From Eledone cirrhosa (taxonomy: Eukaryota): a DNA stretch of 64,000 nucleotides. The notes under the pieces are model-generated. The model saw nothing but the letters and a program-made list of their open reading frames with translations. It was not told where the DNA came from and ran no database searches. How positions within the stretch are numbered: the first letter of the stretch is position 1; each line of letters begins with the position of its first letter. Both the position numbers and the translations under genes were made by a program. This document shows positions 49,831-62,789 of the stretch, piece by piece. The stretch lies in the NCBI GenBank assembly GCA_964016885.1, contig OZ024740.1:211048001-211112000 (forward strand), given 5' to 3'.

Positions 49831-50519
49831 CTGGAAACAAACAAAAATACAGTTTTTAAAATAATCCTAAGATTAAAAAAGAAAAGAAGAAAAAAAAGGA
49901 AAATAAAAAGAATAACCTTTTAGCATTTAACCCTTTAGCATTTAAACCGGCCAGAATTCTCTCACCTCTTTCTGTTCAAACTGGCTGTAACTAGCCACTC
50001 ATACCGATATTAAGGTCTTGTTTTTAAAGTAAATAATAACATCATCAAAATCTCATAGATTCAATGTGAATAATTATGTGAGATAAAGCCTTTACTGTGA
50101 AAATACAATAGTAAATATAGAGTAATGTGAATGCTAAAGGGTTAATCCAGCCATATCTGGCCAGAATTCTCTCACCTCTTTCTGTTCAAACTGACCGCTC
50201 ATACCAATGCTAACGCATTGTTCTCAAAATAAATATCAAAATCTCGTAGATTCAATATTATGTGAGATAATTATGTGAACATTTTATTTTTGTGAAAATA
50301 TAAATAGTTAATATCAAGTAATTTGCATTATATAGTTATTTCAGCCACTGAAGAATTATACCTTCAATTCCCGCAATAAATATACATACCCTACAGATGT
50401 ATTGAGTTTTCTTTTTTGTAAAGACAACTGTAACTAGTATCATCACTTTCACTGTTTTGTTTTCCATGCTTGCATGGGTGTGTATGTGTGTGTATAGTAA
50501 TAATAAATGTGAAGAGTAA

Positions 50520-51258
50520 AATCTGAAGAGGGCTCGATATAAACTCTATAGAATGCAGATCTTGGGTTCTCAAGAGGTGTAGTGGGATAGCTGGCAAACT
50601 AATAGGAAGGGAAAATCTCATATGTTGTAGATGTTCAGGGAAAATTGATAGTAGAAGTGTCGGTGAAAGGCAGATTTTTCAAATGCAGGTAGGATCTATA
50701 GAGATGGTTGATAGCTTCAGATATCTAGATGATCAGATTAGCAAGGGAGGAGGATGCTTCGAGACAATAGTATCTAGAATAAGGACAGGATGGAAGAAGT
50801 TTAGGGGGCTGTTTCCTCTGTTGACAACGAAGGGTTTCTCCCTACGAATGGAAGGTCAGTTGTATGATGACTCTATGAGATGCGAAAGTCGGAGAGAAAT
50901 GAACAAGCATGCTCCGATGGATATGCAAAGTCAATATACGTGAACAACCAAGCATGGACAAGTTGAGAGCAAAACTGTGTATAAAAGGAATAAACTGTAG
51001 TGTGCGGGAGAGAAGACTGCGTTGGTATGGACATGTGATGCGGATGGATGATGACCGCTGGATGAAGAAGCGCCAAGAAATCCCGATGGAAGGAAGATCC
51101 AGTAGAGGAAGACCACAAAAACATGATCAGAGGTGGGGAGAGCTACCTCAAATTGCTGAAGCTTGCAGAGAAAATGACGAGGGACTGGGATGAATGGAGA
51201 GATGCTGTGCTCAAGAGGACCCATCCAAGCCTTGCCAGCGGATGTAAAATGATGATGA
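50520..51258 (+). mobile_element. Degraded RTE LINE 3' part (diverged subfamily)
   Basis: EMVDSFRYL..SRIRTGWKKFR..MLRWICKV..RRLRWYGHVMR..GRPQK; (GAT)n tail. Confidence 0.85.
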
Positions 51259-51499
51259 TATATATAAAAGAATAACATTAAGAAAGATGCTGTTGTAACA
51301 TCCGCATATTTCTTAATGTTATTTTTATACTAAATCTCCATCGTAACTACAAACTATGAATATAGAAAGCTTTCTCCTGCTTACTCCTGTTTTTAGCAAA
51401 ACAACTTCTACTGAACACACACACACGCACATATATATATATATATAAACATATATGTATACATATATATATATAAACATATATGTATACATATGTATA

Positions 51500-52791
51500 C
51501 ATCATCATCATCATCATCATCGTTTAACGTCCATGTTCCACGCTTGCATGGGTTTGGACGGGAGTTTTCCCACTTGAGGCAAGAGTGGTTGTCTTGCTCG
51601 CATAGGACTGTCTGGCAGGTTTTCTACAGTTGGATGCCCTTCCTAACACCAACCACATTTACAGTGTGGGACTGGGAGGTTTTTACCGTGTTGCCTACAC
51701 GGCCACATTACAGCGTGGACTGTGTGTTTTTTTGTCGTGACACCTACACAACCTCATTTGTTTCGGCCTGGATGTTGTGGCACCAACATAACTTTACATT
51801 GAAAGGGGCGGCGTGGATGGGGTGGTGGGACGGGGGTGTATTTTGTTAGAGATGCCTACTGACTGTAGTAGGTTTTACTTTGTATTTAGGTAAGGCGGGT
51901 CTTCTCTATTACTGAGTACCGCCAAAGATCTCGGTCCAGTGACATTGTCTTGGAGAGGTGTAAGTGTGTGAGGTCGGAATTTATCAGGTCGTCCCAGGTT
52001 TTTCTGGGTCTGCCTACTCCGTGGCTACTGTCTATCTTTATTGCCCTGCACTTTTTTATACAGCTGCCGTCTTTCATGCGCATCACGTGACTGTACCAAC
52101 GTAGCCTTCTCTCGAGTAAACAACATCTGATCCCTCTTATTTCTAATTTTTTCCTTAGTTCGTTTATGCTTTGCCGTTCACGTATATTACTATTATACAT
52201 CCAGTGGAGCATGCAAGCTTCGTTCCTCTCTAGTCTGCGTATATCCTCTGCACACAATGCCCAGGTCTCACTGCCATGCAACATTGCTGTTCGTATGCAG
52301 GCATCATACAGCCTGCCTTTCATTTTTAGGGAGAACCCTTTAGCGGCTAATGGTGGTATAAGCTCTCTGAACTTTTTCCATCCAGTTCTGACTCTAGCTA
52401 CTGTACTTTCAGAGCACCCTCCCCCACTACTGATTTTGTCACCCAGGTAACGGAAGCTGTCCACTATTTCTATAGAACCCTCTGTGCAATTGAAAGAGCT
52501 AGTATTTTGTGGGCACTTGCTGCTACTTATTGCACCAGAGCACCGGCCACATGTAAAATCTATGTTCTTAGTTAGCTTACCTGTGATCCCACTACATCTT
52601 TTATGCACCCATACTTTGCATTTGGGACATAAAATGGAGTTTCTACCTGCGCCTTTCCTACACACTGAGCATGGCCATTTCCCGGAAGGGACTGGCGCCT
52701 TATTTTCTTTCCTACAAACTAGAACTTTAGTCTTAGCCAGGTTAATTTTAAGGCCTTTTGATTTTAGGCCGTGCTTCCATGTTTGGAATTT

Positions 52792-52792
<1 letters not shown>
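51500..52792 (-). mobile_element. 5'-truncated RTE LINE, same subfamily as 6746-8368
   Basis: Intact reading frame from KKFQTWK through the PHD-like finger to IEKTRLT*, then 3' UTR and (GAT)n; (TA)n at the 5' junction. Confidence 0.93.
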
Positions 52793-52824
<32 letters not shown>

Positions 52825-52827
<3 letters not shown>

Positions 52828-53000
52828 CACCATATATACTAGAATATAAGTCAATACAAATATAAGAGAAATGAGCAAAAATCCAAAGCTTATTTACATA
52901 GAATTTGAAGTTAGTCAAAATAGTCAAAATATTGACCCCAAATATAAGCAGACCCCACCTTCTATAATCAATTTTTTGGGTCCTATATTCGTGTATATAC
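52825..53000. mobile_element. Tc2/pogo-like MITE
   Basis: TIRs ccatatatactagaatataag / cctatattcgtgtatatacg. Confidence 0.6.
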
Positions 53001-53066
53001 GATGATGATGATGATATATATATATATATACATATATATATACATATATATATGATGATGATATAT

Positions 53067-53126
<60 letters not shown>

Positions 53127-53127
<1 letters not shown>

Positions 53128-53558
53128 TGGCTTAGTGGTTAGAGGCTTGCAACTTGCAATCGAAAGGTTGTGAGTTCAATTCTCGGACCGGGTGATGTGT
53201 TGTTTCCTTGAGCAAGACACTTTATTTCACATTGTTCTAGTTTACTCAGCTGTAGAAATGAGCTGATAGGACTGGGGTCCCTATCATTCCACTGCACTGT
53301 GGTCATGGAGGTGCCACGGCAAAAAAGCACCCAGCCCACACTGTAAAAGTGGACGTGTAGGCGCCACGGAAAAAAAGCACCCAGCACCTCACTGTAAATG
53401 AGGTTGGTGTTAGGAAGGGCATCCAGCTGTAGAAATCAAGCCAGAATCAGTTCCCGTATGAGCAAGACAAGGTCAGCCGACCGGACACTGCCCACGACAG
53501 GACAACCTGTCTAACCCATGCTAGCGTGGAAGAATGGACGTAAAACGGTGATGATGAT
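53127..53558 (+). mobile_element. Full composite SINE: tRNA head + CORE-like domain + RTE tail
   Basis: TGGCTTAGTGG (A box), GAGTTCAATTC (B box), CCTTGAGCAAGACACTTT..CAGCTGTAGAAATGAG (CORE-like). The tail TTAGGAAGGGCATCCAGCTGTAG..(GAT)n is shared with the RTE 3' UTR. Confidence 0.88.
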
Positions 53559-53601
53559 ATACACACACACACATATAAATATATATATATATATATATTA
53601 G

Positions 53602-53850
53602 AAATTATAAGCTTTCACCGTATTTTAGACTAAAGAAATTTCTAGCCTGATAGTGGGGTTTATAACCCTCGGAGAAATGGAAAAAGATGAGTGTTAACCC
53701 TCATCTTTTTCCATTTCTCCGAGGGTTATAAACCCCACTAAATTTCTTTAGTCTAAAATACGGTGAAAGCTTATAATTTTTAATTTCTAATTTCAAAATC
53801 GCGCACCGTTTCAAAAACATACTTACATGTTTACGTTTATAATTTGCTTG
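53602..53850 (+). mobile_element. Hairpin-plus-tail element in (TA)n
   Basis: About 80-bp inverted arms at 53602-53691 and 53700-53779, with a 10-nt insertion in the left arm; about 70-bp tail; TA repeats on both sides. Confidence 0.7.
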
Positions 53851-54096
53851 TATATATATACATATATACATAAATATATATTATATATGTCCTTTTTTTC
53901 CGTGGTGCCTACACGTCCACTTTACAGTGTGGGCTGGGTGCTTTTTTGCCGTGGCACATCCACGACCATTTTGTAGTGGAAGAGGGTGGGGGCATATTGT
54001 CTATATGCTTTAGCTTCAGCTTGTACCTGTGGGAAGTCGGGTCTTCTGTATTACTGTGAGACGCCAGAGGTCACGTGTGTGTGTGTGTATGTGTGT

Positions 54097-54360
54097 GAAG
54101 TGTTCCCAGAATGTTTTACCAGATTTTGGTAAAAATTGGTAATCAGTCAGTATTAATACATTGTTGAAATTTGGCTGAGTTAAACTGCCAAAAGTACATT
54201 GATATTGAATAGTTTGATTTGTGAATATAGAACCTTTACTCTTCTCTTTACTGATTATATTGATAACTGTAAAATACTGACTGTAATATTGACTTTGGTT
54301 TTGAGTTTTCTCATTCGCTATTAACATTTACCCAAATCAGTAAAACATTTCTGAACACTC
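54097..54360. mobile_element. MITE with about 35-bp imperfect TIRs
   Basis: agtgttcccagaatgttttaccagattttggtaaa / tttacccaaatcagtaaaacatttctgaacact. Confidence 0.6.
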
Positions 54361-54426
54361 AGTATATAGTAGATTAACAATTGTGTCTGTAATATTAATT
54401 CAGGTAAAATATTATTTACTGACACT

Positions 54427-56147
54427 CAGGGTTGGATTTAGACCTTGGGAGTCCCGGAAGCCATCAGCTTTCAGGAGCCCCTCATACACAAAAAATTAGA
54501 ATAAATAGCAAACTCCTCAATTTTACATATCAAAGTTAGCTTGGTGCAAGTAATTGGAATTGAAAAGTTATACATACAGGTATCTATACATATATATAAA
54601 ACTGAAATTGTCTGTGTGTGTGTCCCCTAATTTTTGAAAAGTCTATACAAATCCACATTTCTACTCCGATTGACTTCAAACTTACATTTATATATTCCTT
54701 GCGGTCTAAAGATATTAACTGCAGCTTTTATTTTTCAATTTTCTGTTGTTAAAGGGGTGTTAATCACCGGTTATCGATCTCTCTCCCTTTCTTGGTCTGT
54801 CTTTTTAGATAGATACATAGCTATTACGTCGCTCCCTTATAATATCTGTCTGTATGTCTGGCTATTTGCATTACGACATTATGAAAACATTGTTCTCATT
54901 GCTGACGTATTATCTTTGTTATTTTCCGTTCATTGCCAGGGAACGTCTTCACGAACCAAAGTATCATCTTCTTGTTTTCCTTTGGTTGCAACATTTTTTG
55001 AAATAATTACTTCTGCGTTCACAGATTGATTTTTTTAGTTTCAGAAGATCCCGTTAAGGTGAAAGGGTGAAAGCAGCGATGCTTTGCTTAAACTTTAATC
55101 TGTTATTTTAATATATATATATATAATTATATATTCGTGTACAGATATTTTTGCATACACAATAACAAAATATAAACAAACGAATTTATTTCACGAAAGC
55201 ACAGATGGCTTATCATCATTGTTACTGCCGATATGCCACCCAAAAAGTCCCACTACTTTTGGCACAAGGCCAGCACATACATAGTCAACGGTTTGGAAAT
55301 CACATGCATCACTGACGAGTTTACTCTTTACTCTACCAGTTAGTCTTAGTGTACTTCGTCCTGCTTTTAGGTCATGCCTCGAAGGAAGAGATACTCCATT
55401 GGCCGAAATACTGCAAAAGCGTCAAAAAAAAGAAGGCGGGCAAACGAATCGTCAGTGGAATCTGCTATTCGACGGTCGCAAGATGCTGAACATACTGCCA
55501 CCAGAAGATCACTTGAAACAGACAACCAACGAACCATTCGCTGAACCGTGTCAGCTTTGCAATGTCTATCAACAAATCCCAGGGTCAGACTGTTGCTGGT
55601 CTTCTTTTGGAAGAGTCATGTTTTTCACAAGGGCAACTATACATTGGCTGCTCAAGAGTGAGAAGCAAGACAAATCTCTTTGCATACAGCCGACACGGAA
55701 GAACAAGGAACATTGTGTACAAGGAGGTGCTACAATCATTGTTTAGGTAGACGAGGCAGAATGGGATATACACGATTGGCTGAAGAAGGACGAGACTGTG
55801 TTAGTAGTACGACCAACGGCTGCTATCACACCAACAGCAGCAAAAACAACAACAAAGAGAGGGAACGCAATACATGATTTTGAAAAATCTTAATGGTAAA
55901 TTATTTGCCTAAGCACAAAATGTAGACACCATCCCCAGGCCGAGGTATTTCGTACTTCTCTGTACTGTTTCAGAAAGGAGGGATAAACATGCCAATCTAT
56001 GTTTAGAAGCCCGAGCAATTAAATTCTAAAATTCTAACCATCCTAAATCTAAAACACCCAGTTGAGGGCACAAATAAATTGTTATGGCTGTCACTGGTGG
56101 GGCCCAGGGCAATTGCCTCCTTTGTCCCCCCATAAAATCTGACCCTA
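54427..56147. mobile_element. hAT-type non-autonomous element with 8-bp TSD, containing a Helitron
   Basis: TSD CTGACACT at 54419-54426 and 56148-56155; TIRs cagggttggattt / aaatctgacccta. Confidence 0.8.
54582..56020 (+). mobile_element. Deleted Helitron with PIF1-helicase C-terminal fragment
   Basis: 5' end ATC-TATA..AAAACTGAAATTGTCTG. 55550-55750 encodes FAMSINKSQGQT..CFSQGQLYIGCSRV..TRNIVYKEVL. Confidence 0.8.
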
Positions 56148-57185
56148 CTGACACTAGATATATTGAATTCTCAATATTTTTTGTAATATACCCTACACCA
56201 ATCTTAAGCCATTACTGTTTGATTGTTGTTGTAAATATATAACTATGTTTTGTTTAGTGAGCCTCTCTTTAGTTTTTATGTTTCTCCACACGAGGCTTCA
56301 TCAAAATGCTACACAGATTGAATTCTTATCTACAAAACATATCCCCACTGTGATGTTGGTTAGAAAGCCAAAGGTATGTATGCTGTCATTTGTCCAAGTT
56401 GAAAATACAGACAGATGGAGGAAGGTATCATATTTCTCTGTTCTAGATCATATTATTAATTTAGACTAGAGAAGAATAACATACCTTCGACTGAGTTTAT
56501 TCAAGATTATGCTGTCAATGTTAAGACAGTTTTGCAATTTCAGAGATAGGCAGTGAATTGGCAGAGTCATTAGAAAGTTGGATAGAATGCTTTGCTGTAT
56601 TTGTACCAGTTCTCTGCTCTCTGAGTTCAAATGCCACCAAGATCAACTTAAAAATATCCAACAAATGCAGTATACCACTACTACAGCACTCCTACAACTC
56701 CATCAAGAGTTACATTCCATACCAATACAACCTCAGATATGTTTAACAACCTCTCAGACATGTTAAATAACCTCAGGGATGTTAAACAACCTCAGATATG
56801 TTAAAGGAACTGAGGGATGTTAAACAAGATTTGCATTATTTAGTCAATACATTATGAACTTTTTATTTTAGAAGTTCCCAAATTTTTGCAATTTTTAACC
56901 CTTTCATTACCATATTAATAATGCAAAACACTGTGCATTATTTTCAATTAATTTGGGAAATATTAAAAACTTTGGAAAAATTTAGTAGTATAACTAACTT
57001 TCTCATTAAGTTGATTTATAGAGCATAACTTAATAAAGGTTCTTACATAAAATTGTGATAAAAAGATTTTAAAATATATTATAAAAATTCTAAAAGAAAG
57101 TTTTAGAGCAAACACAAAGGGATGATTCCAGGAAGTTTGGTATAAAAAGGGTTTTTAAAAGGGCATATAGCTTTATTGCATATGA

Positions 57186-57822
57186 AACACCCAGCCCACA
57201 CTGTAGTGGTCATGCAGGTAGCACGACAAAAAGCACCCAGCCCACTCCGTAGTAGTCATGTAGGTGTCACAACAAAAAGTACCCAGCCCACACTGTAAAG
57301 TGGTCATGTAGGTATCACAACAAAAAGCACCCAGCCCACACTGTAGTGGTCGTGTAGGTGTAAAGCACCCAGCCCACACAGTAAAGTGGTCATGTAAGAG
57401 TCACGACAAAAAGCACCCAATCCACATTAGTGGTCATGTAGGTATCACAACAAAAAGTGCCCAGCCCACAATGTAGTGGTCATGTGTCACAACAAAAAGC
57501 ACCTACTCCACACTGTAGTGGTCATGTAGGTGTCACAACAAAAAGTGACCAGCCCACACTGTAAAGTGGTTGTGTAGTTGTCATAACAAAAAGCATCCAG
57601 CCCACACTGTAAAGTAGCCGTGTAAGAATCATGACAAAAAGCACCCAGTACTCACTGTAAATGTGGTTGGTATTACGAAAGGCATCCAGTCATAGAAACC
57701 AAGCAAAAAGTAGTTCTGTATGAGCAAGACATGGTCACCTGACATAGCATTGCTCACAACAGGATAACTCGTCTAACCCATGCTAGCATGGAAAAATAGA
57801 TGTTAAATGATGATGATGATGC
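57186..57822 (+). repeat. SINE/RTE 3' UTR with about 10 tandem copies of its internal 48-50-bp unit
   Basis: Unit cacccagcccacactgtaaagtggtcatgtaggtgtcacaacaaaaag, followed by the RTE-type tail and (GAT)n. Confidence 0.88.
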
Positions 57823-58889
57823 TATTGTTAAGATAATCTATTCCAGTTCCAATTGACAGTATACATTTTCATGAAGTTTAACCCTTCTGGTGTTTTTTCT
57901 TTTCTTTTCTTTCTTCCTTTGGGGGGGCTGTTTTTTTTATTTTTTAAATTTCAATTTCTTTATCAGCAATAATGGTTTCATGTAATTTTATGTAATTGAA
58001 GAAAAGTGGACGTAAAATGATGATGATGATGAAGTATGAAATAAGTTTACGGATTATTTCCTGTTTGATTCCACAATGGGTGAAAGTAACATTATCATAG
58101 TGTAGTGACAACTCTTCAGCTGTCAACACCCGACACTCTTGCTAGGGCTGATGTCACATTTAATGTACCCAGTGTACACTGTAAAGAGGTTAGTATTAGG
58201 AAGGACATCCAACCAAAGAAAACATGCCAAACAAAAGGTTGCAAGGACACTTCTGTTGTGTCAACGACACACCAACTTCCTTAGTGCTGGTGTCAAGATA
58301 GATGCACCCAGTACACACTGTAAAGTGATTGGTGTTAGGAAGAGCATCCAGCTATAAAAATCCTGTCAAATAACATGTTGAAAGGACTCCTCAGTTTTAC
58401 AAAGCTCCTTAGTGCAGCTGCCTCAATAAAACTTACCTAGTACACACTGTAAAGTGATTGGGGGTAGGAAGGGCATCCAGCTCTAGAAACTATATCAAAA
58501 CCTAAACGTATGTAAATAAGGCATAGTCCCTGGCTCCTCTAGGAGGACAGTAGCTTTGATGAAGTACAAACTTAGTCTGTGACAACTCATCTAACCTATG
58601 CTAGCATGGAAGATTGGATGTATGATAATAATGATATATATAAATAATTGTTTCTACTTTTGGCACAAGGCCAACAATTACCCAATGTATTACTGGTCCT
58701 TTATTTTATCGACTCCGTAAGGATGAAAGGCAAAGTTAACTTCGGCGGGATTTGAACTCAGACCATAAAGGGACGTAACTATGCTGAAAAGCATGACGTC
58801 CGACTCTCTACCGATACTGCCAATACACCAATGGTTTCTGATTTAGGCACAAGTATAACAATTTTGGAGGGCAGGGCAAAGTTGATTAA

Positions 58890-59099
58890 CCCTTTAGCAT
58901 TTAAACCGGCTGTATCTGACCAGAATTCTCTCAACTCTTTCTGTTCAAACCAGCTGTAACCGGCTTCTCATACTGATGTTAAGGTAGTTTTCTCAAAATA
59001 AATAACATCAAATCTCGTAGATTCAATATTATGCGAGATAATTATGCCAAGATAAAGCATTTACCGTAAAAATACAATAGTAATGTAAATGCTAAAGGG
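58890..59099. mobile_element. piggyBac-like MITE inserted into a SINE
   Basis: TTAA is duplicated (58886-89 and 59100-03) within the SINE sequence GATTAAATCGAC, which is uninterrupted at about 31932. Confidence 0.88.
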
Positions 59100-60169
59100 T
59101 TAAATCGACTCCAGTGTATTACTGGCGCCTTATCTAATCGACCCCGTAAGGATGAAAGGCTAAACTAACCTCGGAAGGATTTGAACTCAGAATATAAAGG
59201 GTCATAATTCTATGCCACGAACCATGTTGTCCGATGCTCTACCAATACTGCCAATCCCTCACCCATATAATATATATAAATATGAAATATGTATAGGCAC
59301 AGGCATGACTGTATGGTTAAGGGGTCTGCTTTGAAACCACATGGTTCTGGGTTCAGTGACACTGCGTGGCACTTTGGGCAAGTGTCCTCTACTATAGCCT
59401 TGGGTTAAACAATGTCTTGTGTGTGTAATTTAATAGATGGAAACTGCAGATGCCCTGTTGCACATATGCATGTGTCTGTGTTAATATTCTGTAACTTAGG
59501 GTCGGACGCCATGCTTTCCAGCATAGTTACGTCCCTTTACGATCTGAGTTCAAATCCCGCCGAGGTTGACTTTGCCTTTCATCCTTACGGGGTCGATAAA
59601 ATAAAGTACCAGTAATGAACTGGGAAATTGCTGGCCTTGTGCCTAAAGTAGAAACAAATATTCTGTAACTTAGTGGTTCAAGAGAGATCAATAAATAACG
59701 ATCTAATGACTGAAACCAGTAATCGTCATTTAATGTCCATTCTTCCGTGCATGGGTTGTGCATGCAAGAGTGTGTGTGTGTGAATATATATATATATATA
59801 TATATATATAAGACCTGACTTCCCACGGGCACAGGCCAAAGCTGAAGCATATATAAAGCATGCACCACCTCACCCTCCCATGAGGACAGGCTCGAATATA
59901 CTCCAGTGAAACCCCCAGTCGACACTGTAAAGTGGTCGTTTGTCACGACAAAAAGCACCCAGTACACACTGTAAATGTGGTTGGTATTAGGAAGGGCATC
60001 CAGCTCTAAACACCAAGCCAAAATCAGTTCTGTATGAGCAAGACATGGTCAACTGACCTAGCATTGCCCACAACAGGACAACTCATCTAACCCATGCTAG
60101 CATGGAAAAAAGGACATAAAACGGTGATGATGATAAAATTATAAATGTGAATAGCAAATAGACAAAAAA

Positions 60170-60415
60170 TACATAATTTTTCTTCATAGTCCTGACTGCA
60201 CAGTTTCGCCAACTGGTGTGCAGCCAAAGTGCAGTTAAAGTGCACTATATTGATAGTCTGTAGTACTGGGACTAGGAAAACCACAAATCAAAGAAGTACT
60301 CGATACATGTTAAAATGCAGATTAGATATATTAGTGGAAGTGGAGGATCTACCTCTAGCTCGGCAGTTTCGGCTAGTTACCTCTTCTTGAGGTAACTAGC
60401 TGAAACTGCAGAGCT
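60170..60415 (-). mobile_element. Hairpin-plus-tail element with hammerhead half-motifs
   Basis: 27-bp arms at 60357-60383 and 60389-60415 contain GAG-GTAACTAGCC-GAAACTGC. The minus-strand tail has GTATCGAGTAC and a further GGCGAAACTGTGCAGTC. Confidence 0.6.
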
Positions 60416-60884
60416 CACTATATGTGTGTGATAAGCATGTAGAACACTCTCCTTATCTCCTGAGATATTTTCTCTCAGCCCTTTTTGTTGCTCTTCTTAA
60501 CCCTTTAGCATTTAAACCAGCCATATCCAGCCAGAATTCCCTCACCTCTTTCTGTTCAAACTGGCTGTAACTGGCCACTCATACTGATGTTAAGGTATTG
60601 TCCTTAAATTAAATAATATCAAAATCTCATAGATTTGATATTATGTGAGGTAATGCCTTTACCGTAAAAATATAATAGTATATATAGAGTAATGTAAATG
60701 CCAAAGGGTTAAATACTGCTTTGAGCAAAGTGTTTATAGCCCTGCAATAAATGTTTACTATTTTGTAATAAATCACATACAGTTAAACTAATTCTTTAGC
60801 TTTAACCCATTTATAATCGTCCCCTACACATTTAGCTAATGCAACAATCTAAATGTAATTGTGAGAGAAAAATATTCAATTTAC

Positions 60885-61019
60885 CAGCAGTTATGGTGTT
60901 ATCAGATTGATCAGAGCTTGGGCTATGGGTGCTATTGTCATCCTCGGTCTCTTCGAACTCTGTCTGCTTTTGTAAAGGTTTTGGAGGACGTCGCTCTATG
61001 GATTCTGCCATGGTAATTT
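60885..61019 (-). CDS. R3HDM1: R3H/SUZ protein exon (N-terminal acidic region)
   Basis: tttcacag|(E)ITMAESIERRPPKPLQKQTEFEETEDDNSTHSPSSDQSDNTITA|gtaaat; phase 1-1; contains ACCATGG, a possible start. Confidence 0.8.
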
Positions 61020-61210
61020 CTGTGAAATATAACAAATAAGAAACATCAGTATGTAGATAACAACAAATAAAGATTATATATATGTGTGTGTGTGTGTATA
61101 TATATATATTTATACGAGCAGGGATATATATAGTTTGTTGTGTTTACAATTGCATCGACTCTCTCTCTCACTCTACACCTTGCACACACAGACATATACA
61201 CAAACACACA

Positions 61211-61248
<38 letters not shown>

Positions 61249-61249
<1 letters not shown>

Positions 61250-61968
61250 TAGCTAAATTACCCGTCCTTTGGACGGTTGAAGTAGCTTTCGATGTAGCTC
61301 ATTAAACTAAAAGTAAATTTGAATATGAATACATAGAAGAAAAACGTACTTTATGTAAACATGAAAACCTTAGGCACTATTCCAGCGAAATAATTAATAT
61401 GTGAGCTCGGTGTCATCCGTTATACCATGTAACAACAGAAATCCAGTCTAGGTATAAATGTTTTTGACAACAGTAAACGCGCATCATGAAATGGAGATGT
61501 GAAGTGGATAATAGACACTATTATGTACAAAGTATAATATTGTAAAAGTTATGACATCACTTAATGTATGAACATCAAGCTTGAAACGATAAATTATACA
61601 ATGTCAAATCTATAACTTAACTTAGTAATCTGTTAGAAATTGCTGGTTGTGAAATATACAAACTGATATTGTTAGTCTCAAGGAAGCGTACCTTTTGTTT
61701 CAAGTACAAAGAGTAAATTAAAATCCGAATGAGCCGAATTACGAAAGATAATTCTTGTCTTACTTAATCACGAAAATTCACACAAATAACCGAAACTTTT
61801 TTAATGTCTCCAAAGGCCCCAATATCGATTTTTGAAAGCCTATGTAGATCATGTACAGGTTTTGTGCAAGAAGCTCTGTAAAAAATTTCAAAGAAATCAC
61901 ATGAATGGTTTAGAATATATGAGCCCTCATTAAAAATTGTCCACACACACACATACAGAAAACTTCGT

Positions 61969-61985
<17 letters not shown>
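61249..61985 (-). mobile_element. Non-autonomous Helitron
   Basis: Minus-strand 3' end has a CCGTCC-AAA-GGACGG hairpin, then CTAG|T. The 5' end is TATATAAGACGAAGTTTTCTGTATGTGTG. It is embedded in (TA)n. Confidence 0.8.
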
Positions 61986-62036
<51 letters not shown>

Positions 62037-62789
62037 TATATTTCCCAATGATTTCTTTTGAATGAGACAGTTCTCGTCCTGTAGAATCCTTTTCTATATT
62101 AAACATGATATATATATGTGGTAGCTTGGAAAATGGACATTAAATGGTGATGATGATGATGATGATGATGATGTGTCTACTCTCGGGTCTTGAATAATCA
62201 TCCGTCTCCACCCAACTTTCTTAGTTCTTCAGATTTTTTTCAACCCCCACCCACTCTTATTCCAAACCCCATTTATTAAATTTTGCTAATCTATCTCTGA
62301 CAAAATTTTATTTTAAATGGTAGCATTCCTGTGACAATTTTTTTGATACATTAAAAAACATTATACATGACAAAAAAAGTACATTACTATAAATACCATG
62401 TTATAAAATAAATAGGATGGGTAAACAACTAATTCTAGTTTTTTTTTAAAATCAACAGAGACAACCTAGATCCCCACCTCCTCCCATTATTTGAGACTGG
62501 TTTATATACGCCATCTAAACAATGTATTGATTAGCTGCCTTGGCTTATAAATGGGGTTTGGATTTTTGCATTTTGGATTTTTTAGTTTTGAATAGAACAT
62601 AACATCTCTAATGCTGGTGCCACAATAAAGTACCAAGTACACTTTGGTAATAGAATGAGCATCCAGTTATAGAGACTAAGTCAAAGATGGTTTTCTGAGC
62701 TGCCTAGGAGGGCAGTAAATCTGAAAGAGAACTGAAATGACTGGTTTAACTCATATCACCAAGGAAAGCAGATGCTGGGACAGGGCTCA

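Noticed and set aside
49801-49840. CTGATGA...GGAAAC as a hammerhead
   Set aside because: It is the antisense of a coding exon and its acceptor; no convincing stems I or III.
51886-52878. 330-aa ORF as a host gene
   Set aside because: It is a 5'-truncated RTE ORF read through a TA tract.
53127-53200. tRNA-like sequences with A and B boxes
   Set aside because: They are SINE heads continuing into SINE bodies; no complete cloverleaf.
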